Shown in pieces: positions 39,183 through 52,123 of a stretch of DNA of 64,000 nucleotides. The translations under genes were made by a program, and so were the position numbers. A model generated the notes under the pieces. That model worked only from the letters and a program-made list of their open reading frames with translations, did no database searches and was not told the DNA's origin. Within the stretch, counting starts at the first letter, position 1. The number at the start of each line of letters is the position of its first letter. This DNA comes from Azolla caroliniana (lineage: Eukaryota > Plantae > Polypodiophyta), in assembly GCA_043228905.1 (NCBI GenBank), contig JBHGNT010000009.1, forward strand, positions 18,042,001 through 18,106,000, written 5' to 3'.

Positions 39183-41374
39183 GATCAAATTGTTTTACAT
39201 TTTTGCTTGCTATCTCTCTCAATCAGAAACCATGTTGTAAGGATTCTTATTGTAGCTCATATTGCTAAATATGAGTAACTGCTTTCTAAATCAATTGCAA
39301 TAGAATCATTTCAGTTTGGCGTCCAACACTTTGTTGTCCAAATCTCTTCTTTAAGCACTTCTGTTTTTTCTTAATTGTAGCGTTGTGATCTTCCGTGTCT
39401 CCTTCAATTGGGCAGAAAAAAGGTTTTTAAGATAAACGTCTTGTCCATCATTTTCTTCTTCATGTGGCCCATCGTGAGGAGAACTATGATGTTCTCAATG
39501 ATCTTCAACTTCTTCTTCACCATGTGGCACATCAAGGCCACAACTATGATGTTATTGATCCTCTTGTTAGCCTCTCACTGTCTTGATCCTCTTCTTAACG
39601 CTTTCTCTTACCTCCTCCTCCATCTCAGAGAGCCTCAAAAACTCGCAAACACTAGTACAAATTAGGTGCTGATGTATTATGCCATCTTCGCCCAAATATG
39701 AAGATATTCAATGTAAACAATTTGGAATATTTAACAGCATTCACTTATCACATTCTCTATGTATAAGGTAATTTGCGAGAAATGTGTAAAAGTCATACTC
39801 AAGTGTCCATCAAGAAGAGTCAGCATATGTGTATGTGTCATTATTTTCACATATGGAGTTTTTATTGCAGAGTAACACCTCTTCTTAAGAAGGAGACAAG
39901 ATTCTATGTATGTTGGATTTGGTTCCATAAGTCCAAATTGGCCTCCTCATAGATATGATAAAACATCTATTCTATTCCATTCTATTCTTCTACTCCTCCC
40001 AAATGAGTTTAGATTGGAGGTTGTTTACAGTGAAAAGTAATAAAGTGAAAAGGGGAGAATGTGTATAGATTGGAGGTTGTTTACAGTGTGTGCCATTTAC
40101 AATATGCCAATATTGTTTGCCTAGCCAACAAATCTTCCTTTTGTTCATATGCAACTATTGTCAAGGGTTCCAACTATTATGTTAGTCTATTCAAACATAT
40201 TTTCATTATTCCAATATTGTTCACCTTCATAGAAATCAAGGTAAGAGTGCTATAGAAACTTTTCAATCTTCAAGTTGTAGTTGTGGATAGACATACCAAC
40301 CTTTTGTTGTATTATTATTCAACCCTTGTCAGTGTTGAAGCTTTGCAATCTTCACTTTGTAGTTGTGGATAGACATAGCAACCTTTTGTTGTATTATCAT
40401 TCAACCCTTGTCAGAGTTGAAGCTTTGCGGGCATGCAGGTTGGGGACTCACATATTCCTAAGATTGTTCCACTCATCACTTGCTAAGATTGCGGGCATGG
40501 GAGTCTTAGCATACCTTGCACTTGGCCGAGCATGTGGTCATGCACATGTGTTTGTTGGCAATAAATAATAGTAGTTTTGCCTCTTGCTTTGAACCCAAGA
40601 AATTGATGTGTACCCTAAATTGAACCCATGTCCTCTAAATATTGGTCAAAATGTCTATTATGGCTAAATAAAAATTGGGGAGGTTGGGAGCTAATAGGCC
40701 CCCAAAGATAACACAATTGCGTAAAGACTTTGGGTTTTTCTTGTAAAATTTCATTCCAGGTTGGTATATTGGTACATTCTTATATGCAGTACTTTAGGGT
40801 TGTAGACAAGCCCAAGTGCAATGGGAATGAGGATGGACCTCTTCTTGAGCTCACATCATGGGATCCTTCTCTATCAACCACACATTTTGGAGATTTGAGC
40901 TAGAGAGACAGGTAACTTATTCTTAGGGGTAGCCCTTGTTAAAGATGTATGTCTCACAAATAATACAAACATATAGGATTGATAATACAAACATACATAA
41001 AGGCACATCCACACAACCATGCACAGAAATTACAATAGTTGTTCCTTTGAGTTGTATATGTTGATCCCAATGTGGATTCGGGAAAATGTTGTTGTATTCT
41101 ATTTGCTATCTAATGTGAAGTAGTGTTTTTTCGGAAAAAAAGTATGGATGTGTTCGCATATGTTTTATGTGTATTTTATGTGTTCTTGTGTATATGCAAG
41201 GGTGTGTGTGGGTGCTAGTCATATGTGTGACACTCATGCAAGCATGTAGAAGAGAGAATAAAAAACATGGGATCAATATGTTGAGATGTAAAATGTGTAG
41301 GATATTGTTAACAATATGGTTAATGGAAACGGTTCGGTTCAAAGTTGCATTATACATGTATGTGGTTATATTGG

Positions 41375-44300
41375 CACAAGAATTCGAAAAGATTTTATAG
41401 GTTTATTAAGAGAAGTGGAAAGAAAGGAAAACACAAAAAAGGTTTACATTTCCATCAAAAACATGGGCAGCCATCCCATTTCAATTGTTCCACATACAAC
41501 GGTATGAGACCTATGCACGAGAATTCGAAAAGATTTTATAGTATTATTAAGAGGTGTGAAAAGAAAGGAAAACACAAAAAAAGTTTCCATTTCCATAAAA
41601 TTATGGGCAGCCATCCCATCCCATTTCATGTTATTTGTCCCACATACAAAGGCATATCGATGAAACCCATCCCATTTCATTTTATTTGTCCCACATACAA
41701 AGGCATATCTATGAAACCCCTAACACACAACATGTACATACACATAGAAGAACAAGGCAAGCCCACAATGATATATGTAATGGACACACAAACTTTGGCC
41801 CACACACAATACATGGGCAGAAATATGCCCATCCCATATGTCCCACATACAATGGCATATGGCCAGGAACCCTATAAATAGGGACTAGGGGACCACTTGT
41901 GCTACACATACAAAAATCATGGCTAAGAATAAAGTACTCTTAGCTATGAAAAAAGCCATGGGTTGCATTGAGCAAGATGTGGCTTGTTGCCTCTTGCTCC
42001 TCTACTTCCTCTTTGCCTCCAGAAAACTGGAGCAAGAAAGAAAGGAGGAGTAAGAATAAGGCCAAAATATGGCCTCTCCCATAAATTAGGAGTGGCCATA
42101 CTGGTATAATGCCCATCAGGTGTCCAGGGGACACCACGCCCCCAAAACCCTAAACCCAAGGAGGAGTAAAAATATGGTCCCTCCCATAAATAGAGAGTGG
42201 CCATAAGTGGTATAACGCCCATCGGATGTCTAGGGGACACCACCCCCCGAAACCCTGACCCCCCCCCCCCCCCCCCCCCCCTTAATACACTCACCCAAAT
42301 CCTCCATCCATCGAATGTCATGATTCCTCGAATCAATCCATTGTCCTTGTCATGCATTCCCAATATATTAGGTTGTTTCAACCAAGCCTAACCCACCATG
42401 TCATCTATGTTGAATTGCTCCTCAGTTCCAAACATACTTACATGAAATTTATTTCACTATGACCCTATTCATCATAATTTGACCTAAAACCATGAAGATA
42501 AAGCCTACTATTATTAGAAAGGTCATCACAAGGCGACGATCCTCCCCGATGAATATCCCTTCCAATTCCACAATCTCTTTGATTCCCCTCATTGAAATTC
42601 TTGGCACAATCCTTCGTCTCACAAAGAAGTGTGGAACAAGGTCCTCAAAACTCCCCCCTCCTCCACAAATGGGCGAGATTAGCGTTTGTTTCATTTCATG
42701 GTCAATGGATGATTTTTATCATAGTCTAATATACTTGACATCGTCAACAAAATAGAAACTTCACCTAGAATTGATGTCATTTGGGAAGACATATTTGATT
42801 TAGATCCTATGGAACGAGCCCTCTTTTTTATATACCGCCACGAAAATGCTCATAGCTTTAATCAAATAAATCTACCAAATATTCTATCGCTAATCTCACT
42901 TAAGCCATTGGTTACAAAGAAGGAGATAGAGAGGAGGCTTAGGGCTTTAATCATTAGGAGATTCTTGAGAGTGAGAAGACACTAAAAAGAAAGCACAAGG
43001 TGGGTTTTGTAGCTTTTACATCATATGTGTGGTTGCTTCACACTGGACTGCTCACTGGTTTGCCCATCCCCCTATTTGGCTAGTTGTACTCCCTTTTGTA
43101 TAGTTTCTTGGTTGCTTGGTGTCGTTTGTTGGTGCACTCTTCTTCAAGATCATTGTGTTGTGTGCCATACGTTTACAAGTTCCCATGATTCTCTCTCCCC
43201 ACTTTCACATACTTCACATAATGTGTTATCATCCATCATTATTTGACATCTACTAGTGTCGCCACACAAATCAATCACAATGGTATTGTAATGTTCCTAC
43301 AGTAGTTATCCAAAGCTTGAGAAAGTGTGTCTATTGCTAGTAATGCTAATAATGCTTGCTCTTTAAAGTGTCCTTTAATCATGTTTGAAGTGGTCTAAAG
43401 TTGTTGATTGATGTGCTCTTGTTATTAAGTAAATGTGCAAATGTGATATTCTTTAACTTATTATGATGTAAATCTGTAAGTTTGATGTTCTTTTAAGTAG
43501 ATTTAACATGAGTTCACATTAGAACAAGTAAAAGGTCTTCATGACCAATAATGGCCTTTCTCCATTTTCTATATGGCATACTCCACTCGGCTGCTGCCTC
43601 ATAGCTCACACCCATCTTGTTCACGTCCAAAGCATCATTAGCCGTCACCGTCATCGTCACCATGTTCTTGTTTCTCGTTTTAGAAGATGAATTCGGCCTT
43701 GAGGAAGTCTTGTTCAGTAGATCTTTAACCTGTGGGGGTCACCCATGAACATGTTTGCAATGTTGGCGGTCATGAGGGAGTGGTAGAGGATGTTGAGGTT
43801 CTCTTGGGTGATCTCTTGGGGTGTTACGGTCGTGGTCACATTGGAGACAACATTGATCCGGACAAGCTCCAACATCGGGACGTGGTCGCGATTGCACTTA
43901 GCGTCATAGAGGAGGGTCTCTTTGATGGTGAAGTAAATGGGTGGATTAGGATCACTAGGCAGCTCAGATGGATATGATTGGAATGAAATGGAGTCTTAAA
44001 GTGTACTTCTATTTTGAATGATTGGAATGAAATGTGGTCTTAAAGTGTAATTATGTATGTAAATGAAAGCTTTGATACAATAAGTATGGTATAATTATGG
44101 TGAGGGAACCAAACAAGTATTGATTCAATAAAATGAATGAAATACTTTGAAGCTTGAGATGTGTGTGTGAGTTTATATATGCTAGCATTCATACATACAT
44201 GTGGGTGTGGTAGTTATGCACACTTTTTGAACTTTACAAAGAGAAGAGTTAAGAGAAACCTTCTCCCTCTTGTTCCATATCTTTTCCTTGTGCCTTTGTG

Positions 44301-44993
44301 TTTCTAGTAGTATAGATGGTTGCATTCATTAGTCATTGACATAAACTATGAGTTTGGTTTTCCAATGCAAATTGATATGTAATGTATGTTATAAGCCACC
44401 ACACTATCTAATTCATCTTCGAATACAATAATCTTGTTTAAAATCACCTAAGAAGGGAGGTCCCCTCAATTGTGACTTCGAAGGAGAGCCTTCCGTTTAG
44501 AGACCATAAGTGGCTTGCAATTTGGTTTGGGCATAAACCTCCTTACAAACAACTACTATGGATATGAATATGTAGGAGGTAAAGCATGGGCAGTTTTTAG
44601 GTCTGGGTGAATCCCCCAAATTAATAGTCTCCTTGATCCAAACATTGTATGCCTATCGTGACAACAAATTGTCATTGAGACTTGATGTTTGTAGGTCATG
44701 GTCATTTAGCGTTGATGAAAATAATTTAAAATGTTATAAAGATTATTCAAATGTGAAAAACGTGCAATATTCCTTATAGTCAATTGTGACAACCCAACAC
44801 GAACAAACAAAGAAGAAGGGAGGGGATGTTTAGTAATGGGGCATTAACTACATACAACTTTTCTACACCATATTTGTGGAAACAAAACAAAATGACGTGT
44901 ACAACACCTCTAGAAATATAGTAGAATCAAGCATAACATAAATCCAATAGGTAATTTTAGAGTCACAAATATTGCCCGTCATCAAGCCCCAAA
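41375..44993 (+). repeat. Composite direct repeat, copy B, with an extra 42620-44220 segment
   Basis: Matches 26497-29708; internal tandem units (atgggcagccatccca..tgtcccacataca; ggccata..tggtataa.gcccatc) and ctataaataggg. Confidence 0.85.
43575..43972 (-). pseudogene. PPO: Polyphenol oxidase gene fragment lacking the CuB segment
   Basis: Minus strand: PPIYFTIKETLLYDAKCNRDHVP..ITQENLNILYHSLMTANIANMFMGDPHR, then directly KD-TEQDFLKAEFIF*NE-NKNMV..VTANDALDVNKMGVSY. These resemble plant PPO SPLYD..RN..H, NL.IMYRQ..LF.G.PYR and the DWL domain (DWL...F.FYDEN..VRV...D.LD..KLGY.Y). Confidence 0.8.
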
Positions 44994-46037
44994 CATCAAC
45001 AGAAAAGCATTTTTAAGTGGATGTTTAACACAAGGATATCTCCCAATAATATTATATTTGTTAAATAACTCCCAAACAAAACCCTTATTCGAAGCCAAAT
45101 AAAAGGAAAGCCTAAACTATTAAGATGGAAAAACTAGTACTTAGGCATTTGATTGAAGTTGAGAGAGAGAGAGAGAGAGGTTGATGAAAGCTGTACAACC
45201 TCTCTTAGGAAAGTGAAGAAGAAGTGAAACAAGCCCAAAAGTTAGCTTTTCTACTTACCTTACATTTACTTGATTTTATATTTGTCTCCTTCACATAATG
45301 GAGACAAATGATTCTTCTCTAAGTTATGCATTTTGTCTTTTTTCCATTACATTGTTTCCTCATGTGAATACTCTCATATGAATACCAATGGTCGTGTTGG
45401 TGAAGTGTACACAAGTGACAAGGTTCTTAACCATGCGGTCAATCCGCATGGTTGGATATTTGCCAATCATGAAATCATCCAATGAGATCGATAATGTGGT
45501 TGGGACATCCTTAAGAAAATGAACCATATAGTTTGTTTAACCGACTTGTCCTTGTGTATCATGCATGAACTTGGTTGTATGGCTCATCACGAACAACAAC
45601 ATGCCATGTGTATCATGCCTAGAGTTGGAAGCACAAATAGTGACTACATGCTATCCATGGCATAAACTCTTCTCCTTTTGACAATTCACCTCCATGTGAC
45701 AAGGTTCAATACTATACCAACATTATGGATGGATGTGGTGGTTTCGTCTTAATTGCCCCTTGTTCTAAAAAATTATCTTCTAGCTTTTGCTTTCATCTAG
45801 AATTTCATAATTTAAGTCTCTTTTGGACGCAAATCTTGCCTCCTTATTACTATTCCATGCACCCAGAAATCATGTGATCATGCATACATGGTGCTTGGCA
45901 ATAGCAATTGACACGGTTTCATCTCGAACCAAACCGAACCGTTAAGCCATTGTGGCTTAACGGTTTGTAGCTTGGCAATACATGCCATGGTATTATTTTC
46001 TTCATCCTAGTAAACCCTAAACCCTAAATTGCTTCTG

Positions 46038-46075
46038 TTCTTCTTCTTCTTCTTCTTCTTCTTCTTCTTCTTCTT
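46038..46075. repeat. (CTT)n microsatellite
   Basis: Uninterrupted ttc/ctt run. Confidence 0.9.
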
Positions 46076-46298
46076 GTGGACCGATATCGTAGGCCAGAAT
46101 CTAAGGGATTCTTCTTCTTCCTGCATTCAAACGGAACCTACCTTCTTCTTGGTATTCCCAACAACCTCCCGTCTTATGTAACCTAATTTATTTCTTTTCC
46201 GTTCATATTTTGCAATATAGGCGTAAGCTTGCTTGTTGGGGAAGCAGAAGACAATACCACTTTTCCACACGGAAGTTAACAAATCTTTTCCCCACTTG

Positions 46299-47013
46299 TG
46301 TTGTAAAATACAAGGTAGTAATCAAAACCAAAACTAATCTTGACAACAATTCAGCAAGAAACTCCATATTTGAACACTAACAAGGTCAAAGAGACACGAG
46401 ATTTACGTGAGAAACCCCGATATGGGAAAAAAACCACGGAACCCTTCACAACGGTATTAAAACTCCACTAATAAACAATAATATAGTGGGTACAACAAGC
46501 TTTATCTCTATTTCAAAACTAGAAGCTTTACAATCTTCAAGGTAAGTCATTGGATTAACAAATCATCACATATAGTGACAAATTTCACAAATTCATAAAT
46601 TCTGATTAGAGCAAAATCTATGAAGATAGAGAGATAAAAAAAATTCCAATTGTTGGATTTGAAGAAGATAGTATCAGGAACAAGTCATTAAACTTTGGCC
46701 ACGATCGGAGGGCTTTTGATCATGGATTGGGGCAAGAATAGTAGCTGGCTACCCTACTTCTATATTCTCTCTCTCTCATTTCTTTTTTGTTGCATGTTCT
46801 TTTTAGTGTATTCCCCAAAAACAAAACCAGTAATAATAAGGGTTATGTTTCTAAAAAAACCCTTATTACCCCTAAGAAAAAAAACCTATACCCCAAAAAC
46901 AGAACCAGTAATTTTCTATAAAAAAACCCTTATTACCCCTAAGAAAAAAAACTTATAAGTAGAAACTTTATTTGAGCCCGTTTCATACTAATTTGGACCG
47001 GGGCATTACAACA
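46299..47013 (-). mobile_element. Solo LTR-like element of a Tork-type copia family
   Basis: TGTTGTAA...TTACAACA ends; gtgagaaacccc..gggaaaaaaaccacgg motif at about 46407-46439; no TSD seen. Confidence 0.6.
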
Positions 47014-47232
47014 TACACATCCACATACTAATGTGGAGAAAAGAAAAAATAGACCCAATGAAATATTTGGACCTCTTCCAAGACTACTTTCATGTCCATT
47101 TCTTATCTTTTTTGAAAGATCATCCTAGATTAGTACCTCTCTCCCTCTCATAAGGACAAAATCAGGGTTACTTTCTTTGACAATGGGATGTTGTTAAGTT
47201 TAGTTCAATTGCTTTTGTCTGTCACGCGTAGG

Positions 47233-47764
47233 TAACAATCGACAACGGTTCGGTTTGAACCGAACCGAACCGCGAAACCACGGTTTAATGGCTTAACGGT
47301 TTCAACGGTTCTGTTCTGGTTTGGGTTTTTAAAAACGGTTCAGTTCGGTTTCAAGAGTCAAAAACCGCGGTATAAACGGTTTAACAGTTTTTTTTAAAAA
47401 TTTTAAATTTTTTTTAAAAAAATTGTAAAAATTTTAAAAAAAATCTAAAAATTGTTTTTAAAGAATCTTTTCATTTTTTGACCTTATTCTCACATTTTAG
47501 GAACATCTTAAAAAATTAAAAAAATGAAATATTATAAATTTAAAAAAATTAAAAATTAAAAATTAAAAATTTGACCTATGTTGAAAACCGAAACCGAACC
47601 ACAAAACCGCGGTTTTTACGGTTTAATGGTTTAATGGTTTGAAAAAGGTTTACCGGTTCGGTTTAATAGTTTCGCGGTTCGGTTTGGTTCAGTTCAGGTT
47701 TCAAAAAATTTAAACGGTTCTGTTTGGACACTCTCAAACCGAACCGAACCATTGCCGATTGTTA
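47233..47764. mobile_element. hAT-type MITE, same family as 13949-14428, opposite orientation
   Basis: Same TIR TAACAATCGACAACGG / CCATTGCCGATTGTTA; 8-bp TSD cgcgtagg / tgcgtagg; the core is the reverse complement of the first copy. Confidence 0.9.
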
Positions 47765-50112
47765 TGCGTAGGCATCAGTTTGAATCCCTGCAAAATATTT
47801 TCGTATTATGCCCATTGATTTCTTGGTCTAGTTTGGATTAAATTAGTTTCTTTCTCCTGATATTGGTTTTGCCATCTCTGAGGTTCTTGTGAACCGAGAT
47901 ATAGATGTAGTTTAGCGAAAACTAATGAAAGTAAGCAAGCTCGCTTATCGCAAAAGGTAGAAAATTAGAGCATTTAAACCCAACTAACATTGCCCACTGC
48001 TCTTGGTAGGGAGATATAATGAACATCTTAACGACATCCACTTGAAGCTTGAGAGAGAATTCATGGAGCTCCGCCATGGCCACGATCCAAGCTCGTGAAG
48101 CGAATCTAACCAGAATGAATCTGCATCAAAACCTCTGTATCTATTGTGTGATTCTATTACCCTAAACGCTCTTTACCTTTTTTTTTCCTCCATCCGATAT
48201 TGCAAAAGTAAGGCTCTTTATTTACCCTTTCGAAATTTACACAACGTATAACATAAATTGATTGATTGAAGTCATCCACGATAAATAGAAATGGAAAAAA
48301 CTTACTGCAATGAGGCCTACTTCACAATCTTACAACGTGACATAAATCAGTTGGTGGTTTCCAATGTAAAATATATATAAAGAGGCAAACCAAAGGTGAA
48401 TTAGGAATACATTGTTCAAAAGTGGTTTCAAACGAGGCCTAATACACAACCTTCATATTGAAGTGGCTTCTCTCCCCTTTGTATACATAATTAACACAAA
48501 GAAATGGATCAAAAAATACCATTGTGTTTTGATCATTATTTAGGCAACGCCATTAGTTTCCGCCTGTTATTTAATTGAATGCTAGTTTTACTAGCAATCC
48601 GTTAGGGTTAACATGAACCAAATAACGATCCATCAAGCATATCGTCCACTTCCAGTAATTGATTGTTGTGATCGTAGCGTTGTTACAAGGAGTGTGAGCG
48701 AACTAGCACAACTATTGAGATAATATGTGAAGAGTAAGAAAAGAAATAAAGCAATGATGGAAGTGAAACTAAGCTGAGTAAGATTAGAGGTGAACAAGAG
48801 TAAAAGAAAAGGAGACAATGAACTGAAAGAAGAAGAGAAGAGTGAGTGAGAAAAAAGAAAAGCTTAAGAAATTTTCATTAAAAAGGGCTTGTGCAAACTA
48901 GTTTTGCTCATCAGTGCCAAGGTCATTTACAACAAGAGGGTAGGTTTATATGTATAGGGGGAAGAGAGAGAGAGATAGAGATAGAGAGAGAATAAGAGTT
49001 AATGAGGGGAGAGAGGGAAAAGGGGAATTGTGAAAGGCAAAGGATTGATAAGTGGAGGTGGGTTAGAGGGGGGTTATATGTATGTATATGATAAGTGACA
49101 AGAGAGGGTGGGCTCTAAGAAGAGAGGGAATTATAGGGGTGGGATATAAAAAGAATATAGTATTAAGTGGGAGCACAATATGAACCATACGTAATATACG
49201 TGCATTTGTGTAAGAAAATCACCCTCAAAGAATGATAAATACCATACTTTTGGATTAACTATTTATTATGAGGTAAATAAGCCTAAAAATAATAAAAAAA
49301 CATTAAAAAAATGGGGAAAAACAAAACAAAAAACACAAGAATGTTTGAATAACATTCGCATTCATTTTCCAACGTAAGAAAACGAATGTTATGCTAGACA
49401 AACATGAATTTTACGTATTATGAGTGGGAGTATTTATAGATTTATATTTAGTTTTGACAAGAAGGGAATCAATGGACTTAGACTTAGTCCAACCTATGAA
49501 GGGTCGCGGTAGTTCGGATAGTTGGGGATCAATAATTGATTATCTAACATTATTGTTATTATTGTTCAATTTTTTTAGCCTCTCCAATTTGCAAGGTGCA
49601 CTAATCTTAATTTGTCCCTCATATTATTTGGCAATTAGAATTAGTTAAAATGAATAAAACAAGACTCACGCAAACTTCACTAGATTGAACATATTTCGAA
49701 CAATTAGAAAGTTGAGTTTACCGTGCACAAACCCACAACCAAATCAACAATAAAAGTATTCATTCCTGTTTCTGCACTCCTTTGACTAGTCATCACATTT
49801 CCCCAACTAGCCTGGTTCAACATCTTTACCGCCTCTATGCTCTCAGATATTGAGTCTATTTTGGTTCACCTACACATATAGCTTACATTTCAGTTATAAA
49901 AAGGAATCCAAATCCCACGAAATCCTTGCATATCTAGCAAAAATTTGCCAAACATTGAGCCAAAATCCACCAAATTCACATGCAACCACCATCACACCCC
50001 TCTATTCAGCCTCTGTACTGGAAAGAGCGACAATCAATTGCCTTTTACTGCTCCATGATATTGCTCTGTTGCCGATGGAGAAAACAAAATCCGGATGTCG
50101 ATCGTCTAACGG

Positions 50113-51722
50113 TGTCATGATGTGGCGTGCTCGAGAGTGGGAAAAACCGGCGAAAGGGGGGGTCAAAAATGTGCATGTGCAATGTGTGTGCACACAAAAA
50201 CAATTAATTGTGCATATGCAAAATAAAAAGGAAAAGAAAGGGTGAAATGGAGGTATAGAAGCTCGTGCAAAAAGTAAGAGAGAGGAGAGATAAAAGGTAG
50301 AGGGGAGACATTCTATGAATTTATAGAGATAGATTTATATATTATATAAGAGAGAGTTAGTGGGCTAGTGGATAGTCACATTGACTACTAGCTAGAGGTG
50401 CATGATTTGATTTTGGACTTATAGTGCAACGTGATTTAAGGAATTTTATTCCTTTTTCATTGAAGATAAATTTGGTGACCCCCCCTTCTTTTTTCCCTAT
50501 AAAAGGAGGTCGAGGGGGGCTCATTCGAGAGGACGTTTTGGGGAGGAGGAGACTATCGCCAATTTTCCTTCGAAGCTCTTCATCTTCTTATTCACATCGC
50601 CACATGATTGTCTTCTTCGCGTCGGCACTCGAAATGCTCGTGAGCCCAAGCTTCGTTGGTTCGACGTTGCTCCGCCCCGTTCGTCGTTGCGAGCCCGTGT
50701 GCTTGCCGTTCGAGTGGTCGTGGTTCGTTGGGATTGGCATTTTGGTGGTGCTCGTGTGTTCATCTTCGCCGTGTTCAGATTTGCTTTTGTCTCTAAGGGC
50801 ATTTAATATTTATGTTTTGATTGAGCTTGTGGTTAACTATAAGTTGCCATTGTTGGAATCGAACACGTATTTCTCTCTTTGGTCGATATCATTCGTGTTT
50901 CTTTCTCTCCTTCTTTCTTTATTCATGTCTTCCTTGTACGTTCGGCTGTCTTGTGATGAGGGGACCGTTCGGGCTTGCCCATGCACCTCTCCTCCTCATA
51001 AAGGCGTACGAGCATTTTGTGCGTGTGTTTGTGTCTTTCTTGTACGTTCGGCCGTCTTGTGACGAGGGGACCGTTCAGGCTTGCCCATGCACCTCTCCTC
51101 CTCATAAAGGTGTACGAGCATTTGTGTGTGTGTTTGTGTCTTCCTTGTACGTTCGACCGTCTTGTGACGAGAGGACTGTTCGGGCTTGCCCATGCACCTC
51201 TCCTCCTCATAAAGGCGTACGAGCATTTTGTGCGTGTGTTTGTGTCTTCCTTGTACGTACGACCGTCTCGTGACGAGGGAGCGTTCAGGCTTGCCCATGC
51301 ACCTCTCCTCCTCATAAAGGCGTACGAGCATTTGTGCATGTGTTTTGTGTCATCCTCGTACGTTCGACGTCTTGTGACGAGGGAGCGTTCGGGCGTGCCC
51401 ATGCACCTCTCCTCCTCATAAAGACGTACGGACATTCGTGTTTGTGTTATCGTCCCCTTGTGCGTTCATGTTGCGTGCTCATCTTGCTTGTACCTATTTG
51501 GTCACTTGGCTCGTGCGGTGATCTCGGAAAGTCGACGAGTTGTGATCAACGAGAGCCACCGGCCTCACAAATCAAAGGGCAACGAGACCTTGCTTGGGAA
51601 GGGGTCGGGAAGTAGTATTGTCGTAAAGCAAACCTCGGGTCTTCTCTATCCCTTGAGTACTCCCTAGTCCAAGACCCCCGTGGTCCCGCCCAAGTAACAC
51701 ACGTGCGTAAAACTTCGCGACA
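50113..51722 (+). mobile_element. 1.6-kb solo LTR, probably Ty3/gypsy, with a 4-bp TSD
   Basis: TGTCATGA...TCGCGACA; ACGG on both flanks (50109-50112, 51723-51726); ccctataaaagg TATA near 50495-50506. Confidence 0.8.
50926..51455 (+). repeat. Five tandem ~105-bp repeats inside the solo LTR
   Basis: Units start near 50926, 51032, 51137, 51243 and 51347, each containing gcccatgcacctctcctcctcataaag. Confidence 0.92.
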
Positions 51723-52123
51723 ACGGTGCTATAACTAGCCAAGTCGTCATCTATGTACCCTTCGAGTCGAATTGGCTATAGAGAATGTCGTAGTCCATCG
51801 TTCCACTCACGTATCGTAACATTTGCTTAGCACAATCCAATTGAATATCTCGTGGAGTTTGCATTAATTGAATAAGGAGATTGATCGGATAGCTTAGGTC
51901 GGGATGAATGATCGTGAGGTAGATAAGACTGCCAATGAGTTGTCGATAATGGGTCGGCTCACACACCGTGGTGCCTGAGTCGGCATCTAGTTTGAGGTTT
52001 TGATCGAGAGGGGTTACCATAGATTTGCACTCAATCATCCCAAACTCTTGTATACAAGTTGAGGATGTAGTGTCGTTGGGAGATCATAATGTTGTCTAGA
52101 GTCCGAATTACTTCAATACCTAG

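Larger units (their letters stand above)
49975..52123 (-). mobile_element. Decayed copia RT-RNaseH fragment split by a solo LTR
   Basis: YRQLIGSLIYLTIIHPDLSY (51751-52038), then GYIDDDLASYSTV|RRSTSGFVFSIGNRAISWSSKRQLIVALSSTEAE, in frame once 50113-51726 is removed. Confidence 0.85.

Noticed and set aside
45900-45970. Fragment of the AACCG hAT MITE family
   Set aside because: Only one degraded end; too short for a feature call
47850-48125. Possible minus-strand exon after a tgcag acceptor
   Set aside because: No frame gives a recognisable protein and no partner exons were found
50926-51455. Regular repeats as a CRISPR array, or the overlapping repetitive ORFs (50821-51435) as genes
   Set aside because: Units are contiguous with no unique spacers, there are no cas genes, the context is eukaryotic, and the ORFs arise from the repeat inside an LTR
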